Positions 1 to 9,367 of a stretch of DNA of 64,000 nt are shown here, in pieces. The number at the start of each line of letters is the position of its first letter. Position 1 is the first letter of the stretch. The notes beneath the pieces are model-generated. The model worked only from the letters and a program-made list of their open reading frames with translations, ran no database searches and was not told the DNA's origin. The stretch comes from Acidimicrobiia bacterium (GTDB lineage Bacteria; Actinomycetota; Acidimicrobiia; Acidimicrobiales; JANYDT01): the NCBI GenBank assembly GCA_031429095.1, contig JANOYY010000037.1:74593-138592 (forward strand), read 5' to 3'. The translations under genes and the position numbers were made by a program.

Positions 1-1214
1 GCATCCTTTCTGCGATGACGTGGGTTGGCGTCGACTGGGACGAGGGGCCGTACTTCCAGTCGGAGCGGACGCATCTTTACGCCGCCGCCGTTGATCGGTT
101 GCTCGTCGACGGCCGCGCCTATTACTGCACGTGTTCGGCCGACGACGCGAGAGGGCGCAACATTGCGGCCTTCGACAAGGTGGGGGAGGGACGCGGATAC
201 GACGGGTACTGCCGCAACCGTGGCTTGACCGAAGGCGCCGTTCGCTTTCGGACGCCCGACGAAGGCACGACCACCGTGATCGATCTCATCCGAGGTGATC
301 CGACGTTTGAAAACTCCCTGCTCGAAGACTTTGTCATTCGTCGAACCAACGGTGGGTTCATGTTCCTTCTCGCCAACGTCGTCGACGACGCAGAAATGCG
401 GATCAGCCACGTCGTCCGCGCCGAAGAACACCTTCCCAACACCCCGAAGGCCGTGCTGCTCTGGCAGGCGGTCGCCCCCGACGTGCCACTGCCGGTCTTT
501 GCCCATCTCCCCGTGATCGTCAACGAGAAGCGCCAGAAGCTCTCCAAACGACGCGACAGAGTTGCGGTTGAGGACTATCGCGCGCAGGGCATACTTCCGC
601 AGGCGATGCGTAACTATCTCGTCACGCTCGGTTGGATGCCGGCCGGTGAGCAAGAGATCATAAGCGTAGAGAGGATGGTCGACGAATTTCGGTTGGAAGA
701 TGTGAACAAATCGAGCGCGTTCTTCGACATCGCGAAGCTGACAGCCTTCAATGGCGAATACATCCGTGCGCTCAGTACGGACGATTTCGTGGAACGATGC
801 GAAGGCTTCGTCCCCGATGAGATCCGCCTGGACCCGATGTTCTCCAAGGTCGTACCGCTCATCCAGGAGCGAGTCCGGCTGCTCTCGGACGTACCGGCCA
901 GCGTCGACTTCTTCTTTGCAATGCCCGAGACCGACAAAGACTCGTGGGAAAAGACGATGACGACCGAAACAGCGACCGCAATACTCGACGGGATGTTGGC
1001 GGTCATCGACACGACGGATTGGACCCACGACGCGTTGAAGGCGCTTATCGAAGAGCTCGGCAATTCCCAGGGGATCAAACTCGGAAAGGCACAGGCACCA
1101 GTGCGCGTGGCGCTCACCGGCCGCACGGTCGGACCCCCGCTCTTTGATTCGCTGGCGCTGATGAGCCGCGAACTCGTCGCCGATCGCCTTCGTGCCGCGA
1201 GAGCAAAGCTGTAG
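1..1214 (+). CDS. gltX: Glutamyl-tRNA synthetase, C-terminal ~400 aa (5' end lies outside the window)
   Basis: The frame stays open to the window edge upstream of the listed Met at 15. It has a 'VGVDWDEGPYFQSER' block and a 'KLSKRR' (KMSKS-type) loop typical of class I GluRS, followed by a C-terminal anticodon-binding-like domain. Confidence 0.9.
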   Translation, partial: ILSAMTWVGVDWDEGPYFQSERTHLYAAAVDRLLVDGRAYYCTCSADDARGRNIAAFDKVGEGRGYDGYCRNRGLTEGAVRFRTPDEGTTTVIDLIRGDPTFENSLLEDFVIRRTNGGFMFLLANVVDDAEMRISHVVRAEEHLPNTPKAVLLWQAVAPDVPLPVFAHLPVIVNEKRQKLSKRRDRVAVEDYRAQGILPQAMRNYLVTLGWMPAGEQEIISVERMVDEFRLEDVNKSSAFFDIAKLTAFNGEYIRALSTDDFVERCEGFVPDEIRLDPMFSKVVPLIQERVRLLSDVPASVDFFFAMPETDKDSWEKTMTTETATAILDGMLAVIDTTDWTHDALKALIEELGNSQGIKLGKAQAPVRVALTGRTVGPPLFDSLALMSRELVADRLRAARAKL

Positions 1215-1220
1215 CCGCAC

Positions 1221-1853
1221 GTGTTTCGTTTGCTTCGATTCATCCCCGGGGTCTCGATGCTGAGTCCGTGGTGGTGGATCAGGCGCCTCGTCTTCATAGC
1301 TGTGGTGGGTTACGGCGCGCTCAGTGTTTTCTCAGTCTGGTCGGCGGCCCGACACGACGAACGAAATGTGCGAGTTGAGGCGATCATGGTCCTGGGTGCA
1401 GCGCAATACAACGGCAGACCATCGCCAGTTTTGAAGCGGCGGCTGGATCACGCGTTGGAGCTCTATAGGACCCATCGCAAATCCCTGATCGTTGTCACCG
1501 GCGGGCGACAGGAGGGGGACACAACCACGGAGGCGAGCGTCAGCGCGACGTACCTCATCGGGCGAGGCGTCCCCGACGCTCGGATCGAACGCGAGGTACA
1601 GGGGCGAGATACGTACCAGTCCATAGCTGCGTCGGCCCGTTTTCTGAAGCGAGCCAAGGTAACGCGTGTGCTGTTCGTGACCGACGGCTATCACGCCGCA
1701 CGCGTAAAGGGAATTGGGCGCGAAGTCGGGCTCACGTCGTTTGTGTCGCCTGTCGGTGGTTCCGGAACCCCTTCTCGGCTCGCGCGCGAAAGCTTTGCGG
1801 TCGGGCTGGGAGAACTGGTCGGGTACCGTCGATTGTCTGCGTTGGTCGGGTGA
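1221..1853 (+). CDS. YdcF/ElyC/SanA-type DUF218 protein, membrane anchored
   Basis: The DUF218 core is visible ('LIVVTGGRQEGDTTTEA', 'VLFVTDGYHAARV') behind an N-terminal hydrophobic helix. The GTG start sits 7 nt after the gltX stop. The start is uncertain; ATG 1257 is also possible. Confidence 0.7.
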   Translation: MFRLLRFIPGVSMLSPWWWIRRLVFIAVVGYGALSVFSVWSAARHDERNVRVEAIMVLGAAQYNGRPSPVLKRRLDHALELYRTHRKSLIVVTGGRQEGDTTTEASVSATYLIGRGVPDARIEREVQGRDTYQSIAASARFLKRAKVTRVLFVTDGYHAARVKGIGREVGLTSFVSPVGGSGTPSRLARESFAVGLGELVGYRRLSALVG

Positions 1854-1859
1854 TATGCG

Positions 1860-2687
1860 ATGACGGAGCCACCAGCTGTTGTGACGCTGCCGATGTACGA
1901 CTTCCCCGAACTTCGAACGGCAACATCGAGACTCCTCGAGAAGATCACCTCGAACCTTTCCGACGTCGGGTGGCCGGTGCGTTCGCTGTTCGGTGACTTC
2001 TCGGATCATGCCTCGTTGGTGAGTCATTGGCTCGATCCCAACACTGCGCTCTCGCAGTCCTGCGGCCTGCCGTACCTTGAAGAACTGCGTGACCACGCCC
2101 AGGTCCTCGGAACATTCCTGTGGCGGGGTGTTTCCGAGCGAACCGGTCGATACCGCTCGGTTCTCATCGTCCGCCACGACGACCCGCGGACCGTCGATGA
2201 TCTGGCTGGTGCGCAACCAGTGATCAACAATCCGGAAAGTCTTTCGGGTTGGTGCAGTCTGGGTGCAGGCCTGGGTGACCTTGGGTACGCGGCCGTAGAT
2301 TTTCCGACGGCGATCCGCAGTGGGGCCCACTCGCGGAGTGTCGATATGGTCGCAACGGGCGTCGCTGATGTTGCCGCAATCGACGGGGCAACGTTTCGGC
2401 TTCTCGAACGCTATCGCCCATCGGTTTTGAAGAATGTCCGCGGGATCAGTCTCGGACCCGTGATACCCGCTACACCGCTGATAACGCGCTCGCACACCCC
2501 GATCGATATCGAAACCGTACGAGGCGCAGTCGCCGATGCAGTCATCGACGATTTGGCGTCGGATGCACGCGATGTCCTCGGAATCGAGAGCTTTGTCCCC
2601 CTTCGTCACGCGGACTACCTCCCCATCCTCGAACTTGTCTCGAAGGCAGAAGCCGTCATTCCCCGCCAACGGTTGTCGGTACCTTGA
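1860..2687 (+). CDS. PhnD/SsuA-like substrate-binding-fold protein (no signal peptide seen)
   Basis: The N-terminus 'VVTLPMYDFPEL' and overall length resemble PhnD-type phosphonate/phosphate-binding family proteins. No transporter partner genes are adjacent. Confidence 0.45.
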   Translation: MTEPPAVVTLPMYDFPELRTATSRLLEKITSNLSDVGWPVRSLFGDFSDHASLVSHWLDPNTALSQSCGLPYLEELRDHAQVLGTFLWRGVSERTGRYRSVLIVRHDDPRTVDDLAGAQPVINNPESLSGWCSLGAGLGDLGYAAVDFPTAIRSGAHSRSVDMVATGVADVAAIDGATFRLLERYRPSVLKNVRGISLGPVIPATPLITRSHTPIDIETVRGAVADAVIDDLASDARDVLGIESFVPLRHADYLPILELVSKAEAVIPRQRLSVP

Positions 2688-3454
2688 TGGAGGAATCGGT
2701 GGACCCAACGGTGGTACGCCTCGACGGATTCCACGCGCTAAAGCACGCGATCAGGTTTGGAGCAGAATTAGTAAGCGCGCATTCAGAGCGGTTTGAAGAG
2801 ACGTTGGCGCTCGCCCGGCAACTCGCCCCCGATGTTGAACGATGGCTACGCGAACACCTTCAGCACGTCGAGCCTGGATACATATCATCGCTTTCCTCCG
2901 AAGTGCACCCGACGCGCGTCGTGGCCTTTGCCCGGCGGCCCGTTGTGCAACTGGCGTCGTTCGAAGCTGCGACCACGCCTGGCGTACTGCTCGAAGACCC
3001 GCGACATCTTGGCAACGTCGGCGCGTCGATACGCGTTGCTGCGGCACTCGGGGCCTCCGGTGTCATTACGACCGGCCCCGTGGACCCCTGGCGCTCCGAT
3101 TCGATCCGCGGTTCGGCCGGGCTTCACTTCGCACTCCCGGTCGTCGGTCGGGTGGACATTGACGAATTGGCAACGCTTTCCAACCCACTCGTTGCCCTCG
3201 ACCCAGAGGGCGACGACATCTCGCTCGCCTCACTCGCCCCGAACTCGCTGCTGTGCTTCGGGACCGAGCGAGACGGTGTCAGCCACTCGCTCTTGCAACG
3301 ATGTACGAGCAAGGTCCGACTTCCGATGAGACATGGCGTTTCGTCCATGAACCTGGCCACGAGCGTTTCGGCCACGCTGTTCTATCTATCGTCGGGGCCG
3401 CTGCGGGATTGCTTCGAACTCGACCGATCTCCACGACGCGAACCAATATTATAA
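2684..3454 (+). CDS. TrmH/SpoU-family RNA 2'-O-methyltransferase
   Basis: SpoU motifs are present: 'FGTERDGVS' and 'LPMRHGVSSMNLATSVSATLFYL'. The TTG 2684 / ATG 2687 start overlaps the upstream stop (TGATG). Confidence 0.75.
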   Translation: MMEESVDPTVVRLDGFHALKHAIRFGAELVSAHSERFEETLALARQLAPDVERWLREHLQHVEPGYISSLSSEVHPTRVVAFARRPVVQLASFEAATTPGVLLEDPRHLGNVGASIRVAAALGASGVITTGPVDPWRSDSIRGSAGLHFALPVVGRVDIDELATLSNPLVALDPEGDDISLASLAPNSLLCFGTERDGVSHSLLQRCTSKVRLPMRHGVSSMNLATSVSATLFYLSSGPLRDCFELDRSPRREPIL

Positions 3455-3979
3455 GTGTACGTAACGAACTAGCAGTGTGGAGTCATTCAGCTTGTCGATG
3501 GCTGCACATCGGAACCGTTGCTCGAACGGTTCGTCGCCAGCGAAATGGGTCCCTGAGCCAAAGACCACCGGTTCGATGGTCAACTCGATCTCGTCGACGA
3601 CCCCAGCCTTCAGGAACGACCCGTAGACTTTCCCCCCTCCGAGGATCGCGCACCGCTTGTGCCCTTCCTCGGTGAGTCGCTTGGCAAGCGCGGCCGGTGC
3701 CTCTGCGGTGAACTCCAACTGGCCTGGCACGGTGTCGTCGACGAAACGCTCGGGGTCGCTCGTGAGGACAACCCGTCGCACGCCCGGGCGTGCCGCTCGC
3801 CGCATCGAATCGCGATCGGGGACATAAGTACCGGAGCCGAACACGCGCACATCGCAAGTCTCGCTGCTCGCCCGAAAGTGGGCCTGATCTTCCGGAGAAG
3901 CCCATCCCTGAGCGCCCGGAACATCATGACGGGTAATACATCCGTCGAGCGAGATGACTGCGATCACGATGATCTTCAC
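3449..3979 (-). CDS. RibD C-terminal domain / dihydrofolate-reductase-like family protein
   Basis: 'KIIVIAVISLDGCIT...GGGKVYGSFLKAGVVDEIELTIEPVVFG' is typical of the RibD_C family. The start is trimmed to GTG 3979, which forms a GTGA overlap with the stop of the upstream M23 peptidase gene. The listed longer ORF (to 4369) is antisense-type extension. Confidence 0.7.
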   Translation of the reverse strand: MKIIVIAVISLDGCITRHDVPGAQGWASPEDQAHFRASSETCDVRVFGSGTYVPDRDSMRRAARPGVRRVVLTSDPERFVDDTVPGQLEFTAEAPAALAKRLTEEGHKRCAILGGGKVYGSFLKAGVVDEIELTIEPVVFGSGTHFAGDEPFEQRFRCAAIDKLNDSTLLVRYVHL

Positions 3980-5412
3980 TTTTTGCCGGCTTTCGGTTTG
4001 GGGCAGACGCCGGCCGCTATGGTCGTCGAGCTTTCGTACGTACTCGGAGGAGACTTCCGAGGTTTTGTCGTGGTTGTCCGGGTGGTCGTCGAAAGATGGC
4101 CAGCTGCGATTGCGTTGGCTCGCGCCGCGTCCTCCTTGGCGACGATGCTGCACAACTCCACCGTCGGAACCGTCCACCTTTTGAACAGGGCCCTGTTCTT
4201 TGTCCGCGTCGCATCGACAATGTAAAAGGGGTTGATCGGACCACCCCCCAGGGGATGAATCTCGAAATGAACATGGGGAGGCGTTGCTTCTGCGTTGCCG
4301 GTGCGGCCAACGAACCCGATGACCTCGCCGGCGATGACCTGTTTTCCGTCGACCAGACCGGGTGCCCATCTATCTAAGTGGGCATAGTAGTAGTAGGTCC
4401 CGTCGGGGCTCGTGACGTACGCAATGCGGCCTCCGATAGGTGTCTTCTTGACGTCACGAACGACTCCGTCAACCGTTGCGCGCACCGGTGTTCCGCGTTC
4501 GGCGAAAAGATCGATGCCTTCGTGGCTGTGACCGACACGCGGAGCGCCGAACGTGTCGCTGGTGGAGTACGGCCGTTGGACCGGGTTCACGAATCCAGCG
4601 AACCATTCGATCGGAGCCTTTTGAAGCGAGGCGTTTTCGCGAGCGATCAACGCAACCCGATCCTTCGTTGCCATCGTTTCGTAATCCCGAATCGCCGCAC
4701 CTCGTCGTAAGTCAATCGCGTCCTCGGCGGTGGGTGGGTTCGTAGGAGGCGCGCTCAAGGCGAGCGCCGGCCCTCGCTCAGTACGAGCATCGTTGATCTT
4801 TTCGACGCCGCGTTGGGTGAGATCACGTTGGCTTTCCTGCTCGCGAATCACGGTTGCGAGCAACCGTTCCCGCGCCGCGTTGTCACGAAGGATCTCCTGT
4901 TGTTGGAGCGTGAGCTTCCTGAGCTGGAGTGGGTTCGCAGCCAGTGGAATTTGGGGTGGTCTGGTCGTGGTGGTGACGGGAATCGTCGTGGTGATAGGCA
5001 CTGTCGTCGTCGTGCCGGCGGCGGGGGCAGCGTTCAAAGGTGACGAAGTTGCTATCACCGACGCGGAGAGTGTGGCTGTGGGTGTTGTTGTCGTCGAAGG
5101 CCCGGCGGTGACGACAACCGTGGTGGAGGTCGCAACAGGCACCGTCGTGGGCAAGGCGGCGGTGAACGCAGCTGTGGACGTCACCGACGCGGGGACTGAA
5201 TTCGATGGTTGGACTGACGGTACCGGTGTTGTGGTGCTGATGACTTCGACAGTGGCTGGCACAGTCGGTGTGACCGGGTCTTGACCCTGGGCGGAGCTGG
5301 CGAGCAGCATCACCAGCGAGGTGGCGAGGGCGACAACTGGCGCCGAGAACCGCACCGATCGGTTCGCCGACGCTCTCGCTCGCTTCACACCAGACCTACC
5401 ATCGCTGCGCAA
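3976..5412 (-). CDS. Secreted M23 (LytM-type) metallopeptidase with Thr/Pro/Val-rich linker and coiled-coil region
   Basis: It has an N-terminal signal/TM segment and the HxxxD ('HEGID') and HxH ('HVHFEIH') M23 motifs. Low-complexity T/P/V-rich and coiled-coil segments precede the catalytic domain. Confidence 0.85.
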   Translation of the reverse strand: MRSDGRSGVKRARASANRSVRFSAPVVALATSLVMLLASSAQGQDPVTPTVPATVEVISTTTPVPSVQPSNSVPASVTSTAAFTAALPTTVPVATSTTVVVTAGPSTTTTPTATLSASVIATSSPLNAAPAAGTTTTVPITTTIPVTTTTRPPQIPLAANPLQLRKLTLQQQEILRDNAARERLLATVIREQESQRDLTQRGVEKINDARTERGPALALSAPPTNPPTAEDAIDLRRGAAIRDYETMATKDRVALIARENASLQKAPIEWFAGFVNPVQRPYSTSDTFGAPRVGHSHEGIDLFAERGTPVRATVDGVVRDVKKTPIGGRIAYVTSPDGTYYYYAHLDRWAPGLVDGKQVIAGEVIGFVGRTGNAEATPPHVHFEIHPLGGGPINPFYIVDATRTKNRALFKRWTVPTVELCSIVAKEDAARANAIAAGHLSTTTRTTTTKPRKSPPSTYESSTTIAAGVCPKPKAGKK

Positions 5413-5418
5413 TCGCCG

Positions 5419-5754
5419 TCAGAAACGTCGTGACGATCGAATCAGGCGTCGTAGTCGTGCGCTGAACTGTTGCCCAGATGTTGGATTGGCCCAACCACCA
5501 GCAGTGGGCCGATGGGATGGGTCGGTGCTCGACGCATCGCGGGTTTCGGGCCGATAGCGAAACCGGATATGAGTGATGAACTCCAGTCCTCCGAGGAGAA
5601 AGGCGGCCATAAACACCATCGAAAGAATCACCCGGGGGCCTGACAGTGACGTGCGCAGCAGCAGTCCATCGATAAGACCGCCCACGAGAGCACACCCAAA
5701 CAGCGCTCGATGCGAAGGGCGAACACGACGCCCGGTTCCTCCGGGTACCAGCAT
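5419..5754 (-). CDS. Possible small two-helix membrane protein
   Basis: Two hydrophobic stretches are visible ('ALFGCALVGGLIDGLLL', 'VILSMVFMAAFLLGGLEFI'). The stop lies 6 nt before the M23 peptidase start. No family was recognised and coding is uncertain. Confidence 0.3.
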   Translation of the reverse strand: MLVPGGTGRRVRPSHRALFGCALVGGLIDGLLLRTSLSGPRVILSMVFMAAFLLGGLEFITHIRFRYRPETRDASSTDPSHRPTAGGWANPTSGQQFSARLRRLIRSSRRF

Positions 5755-5927
5755 TGCCTCCTCGTGGCGCTCGGGCTCACCGACCGCGGGACTGTCGAGC
5801 GGCCGTTTGCTTCCCACCGACCCATTGTTTCATGGGGACGGGGGCCACAGCGTCACTTCGCCGATGCTCCCTCGAGGAATACGTCGATTGCTGCACGTAA
5901 AATTCACTGCTGACAAATCGCCAACGA

Positions 5928-6668
5928 CTAACGGGTCTCCATTGAAACGGGGCAAACGGACCCGAACGAACACCGCGAACAGTTCAACTCTGAGGGCGTT
6001 GCTTGGAAGTCTCTTTCTTGGCGAATGCGATCCGCCAAGTCGCGAAGTGCACGTATGGCTGCGGTGATCCGGGGTTCTGAACCTTCGAGAGCCACGGTTC
6101 TCGGCTCCGGTCCAAGTTGCTCGTAGACCACGCGCACCTTGGAAGGACGCAGAGGGTGCGTCGCAGCCAGAATCAAATACAGCTGTGCCGGAAAATCTTC
6201 TTCCAATGATTCGGGGCAATGACCGGTCTTGTAGTCGCGCAGTTCGAGTGTCTCGTCCGCGTCGAGCCAAAGAGCGTCCGCGCGACCGGTTACCAAGAGG
6301 TTTTTTGAGCGCAGGAGCCAGCGAAGGTCAACTTCTCCGCCGAGATACGTCGCACCTTTTGTCGCCGGGCACAGATCCTGGTGGGCGAGCACTCTCGATG
6401 TGACAAAGGAATCAATCGGGACGTCGTCGGCTACTACCCCGTCGTTGTCGTGGCGCTCGAAGAGTCGGTGGCGCTCGTATAGCTCGCGATGTACTGCATG
6501 ACCGAGGACCGAAGCATCGGAGTCAAGCTCTTCGCCGACAAGGTTCAGTACATGGGCCAGGAAAAATCGGCGTGGGCAGGCGAGGAACGAACGAATTCGC
6601 GTTGCGTTCAACACCAGGAGACCCGAAGCGGGCTGCACCGGTGCGCCGAGGGTCAGATCGTGATTCAC
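5928..6668 (-). CDS. Stand-alone PD-(D/E)XK nuclease of the Cas4/AddB (RecB-family) type with Fe-S cysteine set
   Basis: Nuclease motifs 'GRADAL' and 'LRDYKTG' are present. The four-Cys pattern consists of an N-terminal 'FLACPRRF' Cys plus C-terminal C-x2-C-x5-C ('CSRCSFGSVC'). The GTG start overlaps the upstream stop (GTGA). Confidence 0.7.
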   Translation of the reverse strand: MNHDLTLGAPVQPASGLLVLNATRIRSFLACPRRFFLAHVLNLVGEELDSDASVLGHAVHRELYERHRLFERHDNDGVVADDVPIDSFVTSRVLAHQDLCPATKGATYLGGEVDLRWLLRSKNLLVTGRADALWLDADETLELRDYKTGHCPESLEEDFPAQLYLILAATHPLRPSKVRVVYEQLGPEPRTVALEGSEPRITAAIRALRDLADRIRQERDFQATPSELNCSRCSFGSVCPVSMETR

Positions 6669-7471
6669 GGCGCCGTGTTCCTCAATCGGGCGAGGACGAC
6701 ATGCGGAGGGTCACTACTCACCGCCGGGCAATTCGATAGCCGCTCACATGTCGTGCACCACCAACCCGGACTTGGTGACGGCGCCGTCATCGATGCCTCG
6801 ATTTCGATGTAGAGGCGACGCCGAAAGCGGGATAAATCCGCTCCCGTCACACGGCTCTCGGTCACGGTTGCATCGCTGGCCAGCCAGAGGGTCTCACTGC
6901 GCAATACAACGTCATTGGGTGCCGGACCACGGTCTAGGCCGAGCAGGACGGCAAGCGACATATCGGCGACCGACGGATCGCCATCTCCGTTTCGCTGGGG
7001 TGAGCCGCGCAAGCTGATCCGGCGAATCAACGGTGAGCGCTCTTCGAAGGCAAAGAGCAAATCCGCTCGGCCCGTCAGATCGAACGGAGGATTTGTTTGC
7101 ACTCGGCGCCGCAATGCATCGCCGGCCCTCGGATGAATCGCCGCCCGTTCGTCGTCACCGAAGGCATCAAGATACGCAGCGAGCGAGCTTCGGTAGAGGG
7201 CCGACTCTTCGACGGACAGTATGCCGGGCGGTTCCGCGAGTTGTGCATCGGATACGGCATCTTCGAGAGGCACGGAGAGATCCCACGCATGATCGTGTGC
7301 CGCACGAAGCACATCGGTGAGCGCAGTCCACAGCCGCAAACTCGGGTCTGCGCCCCGCCGACCGGTTTGCTCGTCGCCGAGACGGCCGGCCAAGCGGAGG
7401 CTACAGCGGAAGAGCGCCGCAAGAGATCCACCGGAGAGCCGGGGAACGTCGTCGTGGGCGGAGGTCTTCAC
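6665..7471 (-). CDS. PD-(D/E)XK Cas4/AddB-like paralog, apparently lacking the D-x-K catalytic motif
   Basis: It keeps 'GRADLL' and the C-terminal C-x2-C-x5-C ('CTTCERLSNC') plus an N-terminal Cys ('LFRCSL'). The position equivalent to DYK reads 'RRISLRG'. Confidence 0.55.
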   Translation of the reverse strand: MKTSAHDDVPRLSGGSLAALFRCSLRLAGRLGDEQTGRRGADPSLRLWTALTDVLRAAHDHAWDLSVPLEDAVSDAQLAEPPGILSVEESALYRSSLAAYLDAFGDDERAAIHPRAGDALRRRVQTNPPFDLTGRADLLFAFEERSPLIRRISLRGSPQRNGDGDPSVADMSLAVLLGLDRGPAPNDVVLRSETLWLASDATVTESRVTGADLSRFRRRLYIEIEASMTAPSPSPGWWCTTCERLSNCPAVSSDPPHVVLARLRNTAP

Positions 7472-7501
7472 GGCCCGTTCCCGAAGAACCGGGCGAATGG
7501 C

Positions 7502-7846
7502 CTAGTAGGACGACTTTGGGACGTAGCCGCCCATTCCCATTGACCGGCTTTCCTCTTCGTCCATTTCTGCTACGCCACCAACGACTTCAGTAACCCATTC
7601 GAGGCGATCACGAAGGATTCGGCTCACACCGGCCTGAAGGGTGGTCGACGACACCGCGCACGAGGAACAAGAACCCTGCAACTGGACTTCGACGACTCCC
7701 GTTTCGACATCGGCGTTCATGAGCGCAAGATCGCCACCGTCTTGTTGAACGACCGGACGCAACAGTTCAATGACACTGACGAGTGCCTTCATGCGTTCTG
7801 TTTTGGCGTCGGGGCTAAGGACGGCGGTGTCTGTCATGGGTTCCAT
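7502..7846 (-). CDS. NifU C-terminal-domain (Nfu-type) Fe-S cluster carrier
   Basis: 'DGGDLALMNADVETGVVEVQLQGSCSSCAVS' carries the Nfu CxxC motif. The start is trimmed to ATG 7846 ('MEPMTD'). Confidence 0.75.
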   Translation of the reverse strand: MEPMTDTAVLSPDAKTERMKALVSVIELLRPVVQQDGGDLALMNADVETGVVEVQLQGSCSSCAVSSTTLQAGVSRILRDRLEWVTEVVGGVAEMDEEESRSMGMGGYVPKSSY

Positions 7847-7917
7847 TCTGTCGCACCGTGGGAGGTTTGCAACACGGCGATAGGAGAAACCCGCCCGGGC
7901 GGGCAATTGTTCCCGAT

Positions 7918-8562
7918 TTAGCTCCAAGAATCCCAGCGAACCAACTTGTCGCTCTCCAATCGGGGACCCTGTTTGAAGTCGGTGCCGATCGTGTAGGCCA
8001 ATGGTGACAAACCGCACTGGGTCACCTTGTCGTACGGGATTCCCAGGATTTCAGCGGCTTCTTTTTCGAACGGCAGGTGGAGCGTTGTCCACGCCGTGCC
8101 GAGCCCCCGGGCGCGCGCCGCCAACATAAAGCTCCAAAAGGCCGGAAGAATCGAGCCCCACCATCCAGCCTGGGTGAAGTTCGGCTGGCCTTCCATGCGG
8201 CCGAGTGCATACGGAATTACGAGATATGGGGCGCGATGAAAGTTTTCTCGCAGGTACGTTGCGGAGTCCTTGACCGCCGATTGGCGTTCGCCGCGGGTGT
8301 CGCCGGCTTTGTATTCCACTCCGGGGGCATTGACGTAGGGATCGAACGCCTTCCCGTACAGGTCGGCGATCGCCTTCTTCTTGTCGGCATCTTCAACGAA
8401 GAAGAAGCCCCATGCCTGACGGTTCGAACCCGTGGGTGCTTGAAATGCTAGGTCGACACACTGCATTACCAACTCTTTGGGGACAGGTCGGTCGAAGTCG
8501 AGTCGCTTTCGAACGGCGCGCGTCGTGGCGAGAACTTCATCCGGTGTGTTGGGCAGTGTCAT
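7918..8562 (-). CDS. Nitroreductase-family protein
   Basis: 'TRAVRKRLDFDRPVPKELV...APTGSNRQAWGFFFV' is a typical nitroreductase N-terminal signature. The start is placed at ATG 8562; the ORF is open up to 8640. Confidence 0.8.
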   Translation of the reverse strand: MTLPNTPDEVLATTRAVRKRLDFDRPVPKELVMQCVDLAFQAPTGSNRQAWGFFFVEDADKKKAIADLYGKAFDPYVNAPGVEYKAGDTRGERQSAVKDSATYLRENFHRAPYLVIPYALGRMEGQPNFTQAGWWGSILPAFWSFMLAARARGLGTAWTTLHLPFEKEAAEILGIPYDKVTQCGLSPLAYTIGTDFKQGPRLESDKLVRWDSWS

Positions 8563-8734
8563 CCCTTCGGTATAGCCGAAAGTGGCCAACAAAGAACAAA
8601 CCCAGTTCGCGCATCCGCTTTCGTTCTCGAACGCGGGCACCTCGTTGCCGTTGCTTGGCGCAGCGTCTCACGTGCTGCGACTAGTGCACCAAGCGGACGT
8701 GATCATTTCCTATGCGTACAGATGAACGGAGGCA

Positions 8735-9364
8735 CTACGTGTAATAGGGGTTGGCGCCGGCCTGGTGATCGGTGACGTCGACGACGTTGGTGATCTCGGG
8801 GACCGCCTGCTTGATCCGTACTTCGATGCCTTGACGCAGCGTTGCCTTCGACGACGCACATCCCTGGCAGCCGCCGCCCATGGTGATGAATGCAGTGTCG
8901 CCATCGACGCTCACGAGCGTGGCAAAACCACCGTGGGACGCAATGCCGGGGTTGACCTGGGTCTCGATGACTTCGAGGATACGCGCGGCGATCGGTCCCT
9001 CGAGCGAACCCGTGGGAGCGACGCTCATTGCGGGGGGAGTCTTTGCCGGCTCGTTCGGGTTCAGGAGGACCATGCCGCCGTTGGCGATATCAAGCGTCGC
9101 ACCCCGAAGGCGGTCGACGCTGGCCGCGGGAATGACGACCTCGAGACCGTCGCCCAGGTCAATGGCGTGGTCGGCAGCGGTGGCCTCGTTGCGGGGCTGG
9201 AAGTACATGTCGTAGGTGAACGCACCACCGACGCCAGTGTTCACCTCTAGCCAGAGCGCGAGCGAAGCGGCATCGAGTTCATCGGCACGAGCGCCGAGAA
9301 CGACCTCGCGGGCGGCTGGTGTCACGGTCAAAAGGGTGTCGCGATCCACAACAATGTCACTCAT
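8735..9364 (-). CDS. NfuA-type protein: Cys-less A-type-carrier-like N-domain fused to an Nfu domain
   Basis: The C-terminus 'HGGFATLVSVDGDTAFITMGGGCQGCASS' is an Nfu CxxC domain. The N-terminal ~100 aa is HesB/IscA-like without cysteines. Start at ATG 9364. Confidence 0.75.
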   Translation of the reverse strand: MSDIVVDRDTLLTVTPAAREVVLGARADELDAASLALWLEVNTGVGGAFTYDMYFQPRNEATAADHAIDLGDGLEVVIPAASVDRLRGATLDIANGGMVLLNPNEPAKTPPAMSVAPTGSLEGPIAARILEVIETQVNPGIASHGGFATLVSVDGDTAFITMGGGCQGCASSKATLRQGIEVRIKQAVPEITNVVDVTDHQAGANPYYT

Positions 9365-9367
9365 GCA

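Noticed and set aside
1332-2708. A 458-aa minus-strand ORF spanning the DUF218 and PhnD-like genes.
   Set aside because: It is antisense to two ORFs with recognisable domains. Its product is Arg/Pro/Ser/Gly-rich with no motif. This is the typical long spurious antisense frame of high-GC DNA.
5755-5927. Possible c-di-AMP (ydaO-type) riboswitch upstream of the membrane-protein / M23 peptidase genes, as is often found before actinobacterial cell-wall hydrolases.
   Set aside because: I could not find the conserved ydaO sequence blocks or the pseudo-two-fold helices by eye on the minus strand. A covariance-model scan would be needed before any claim.
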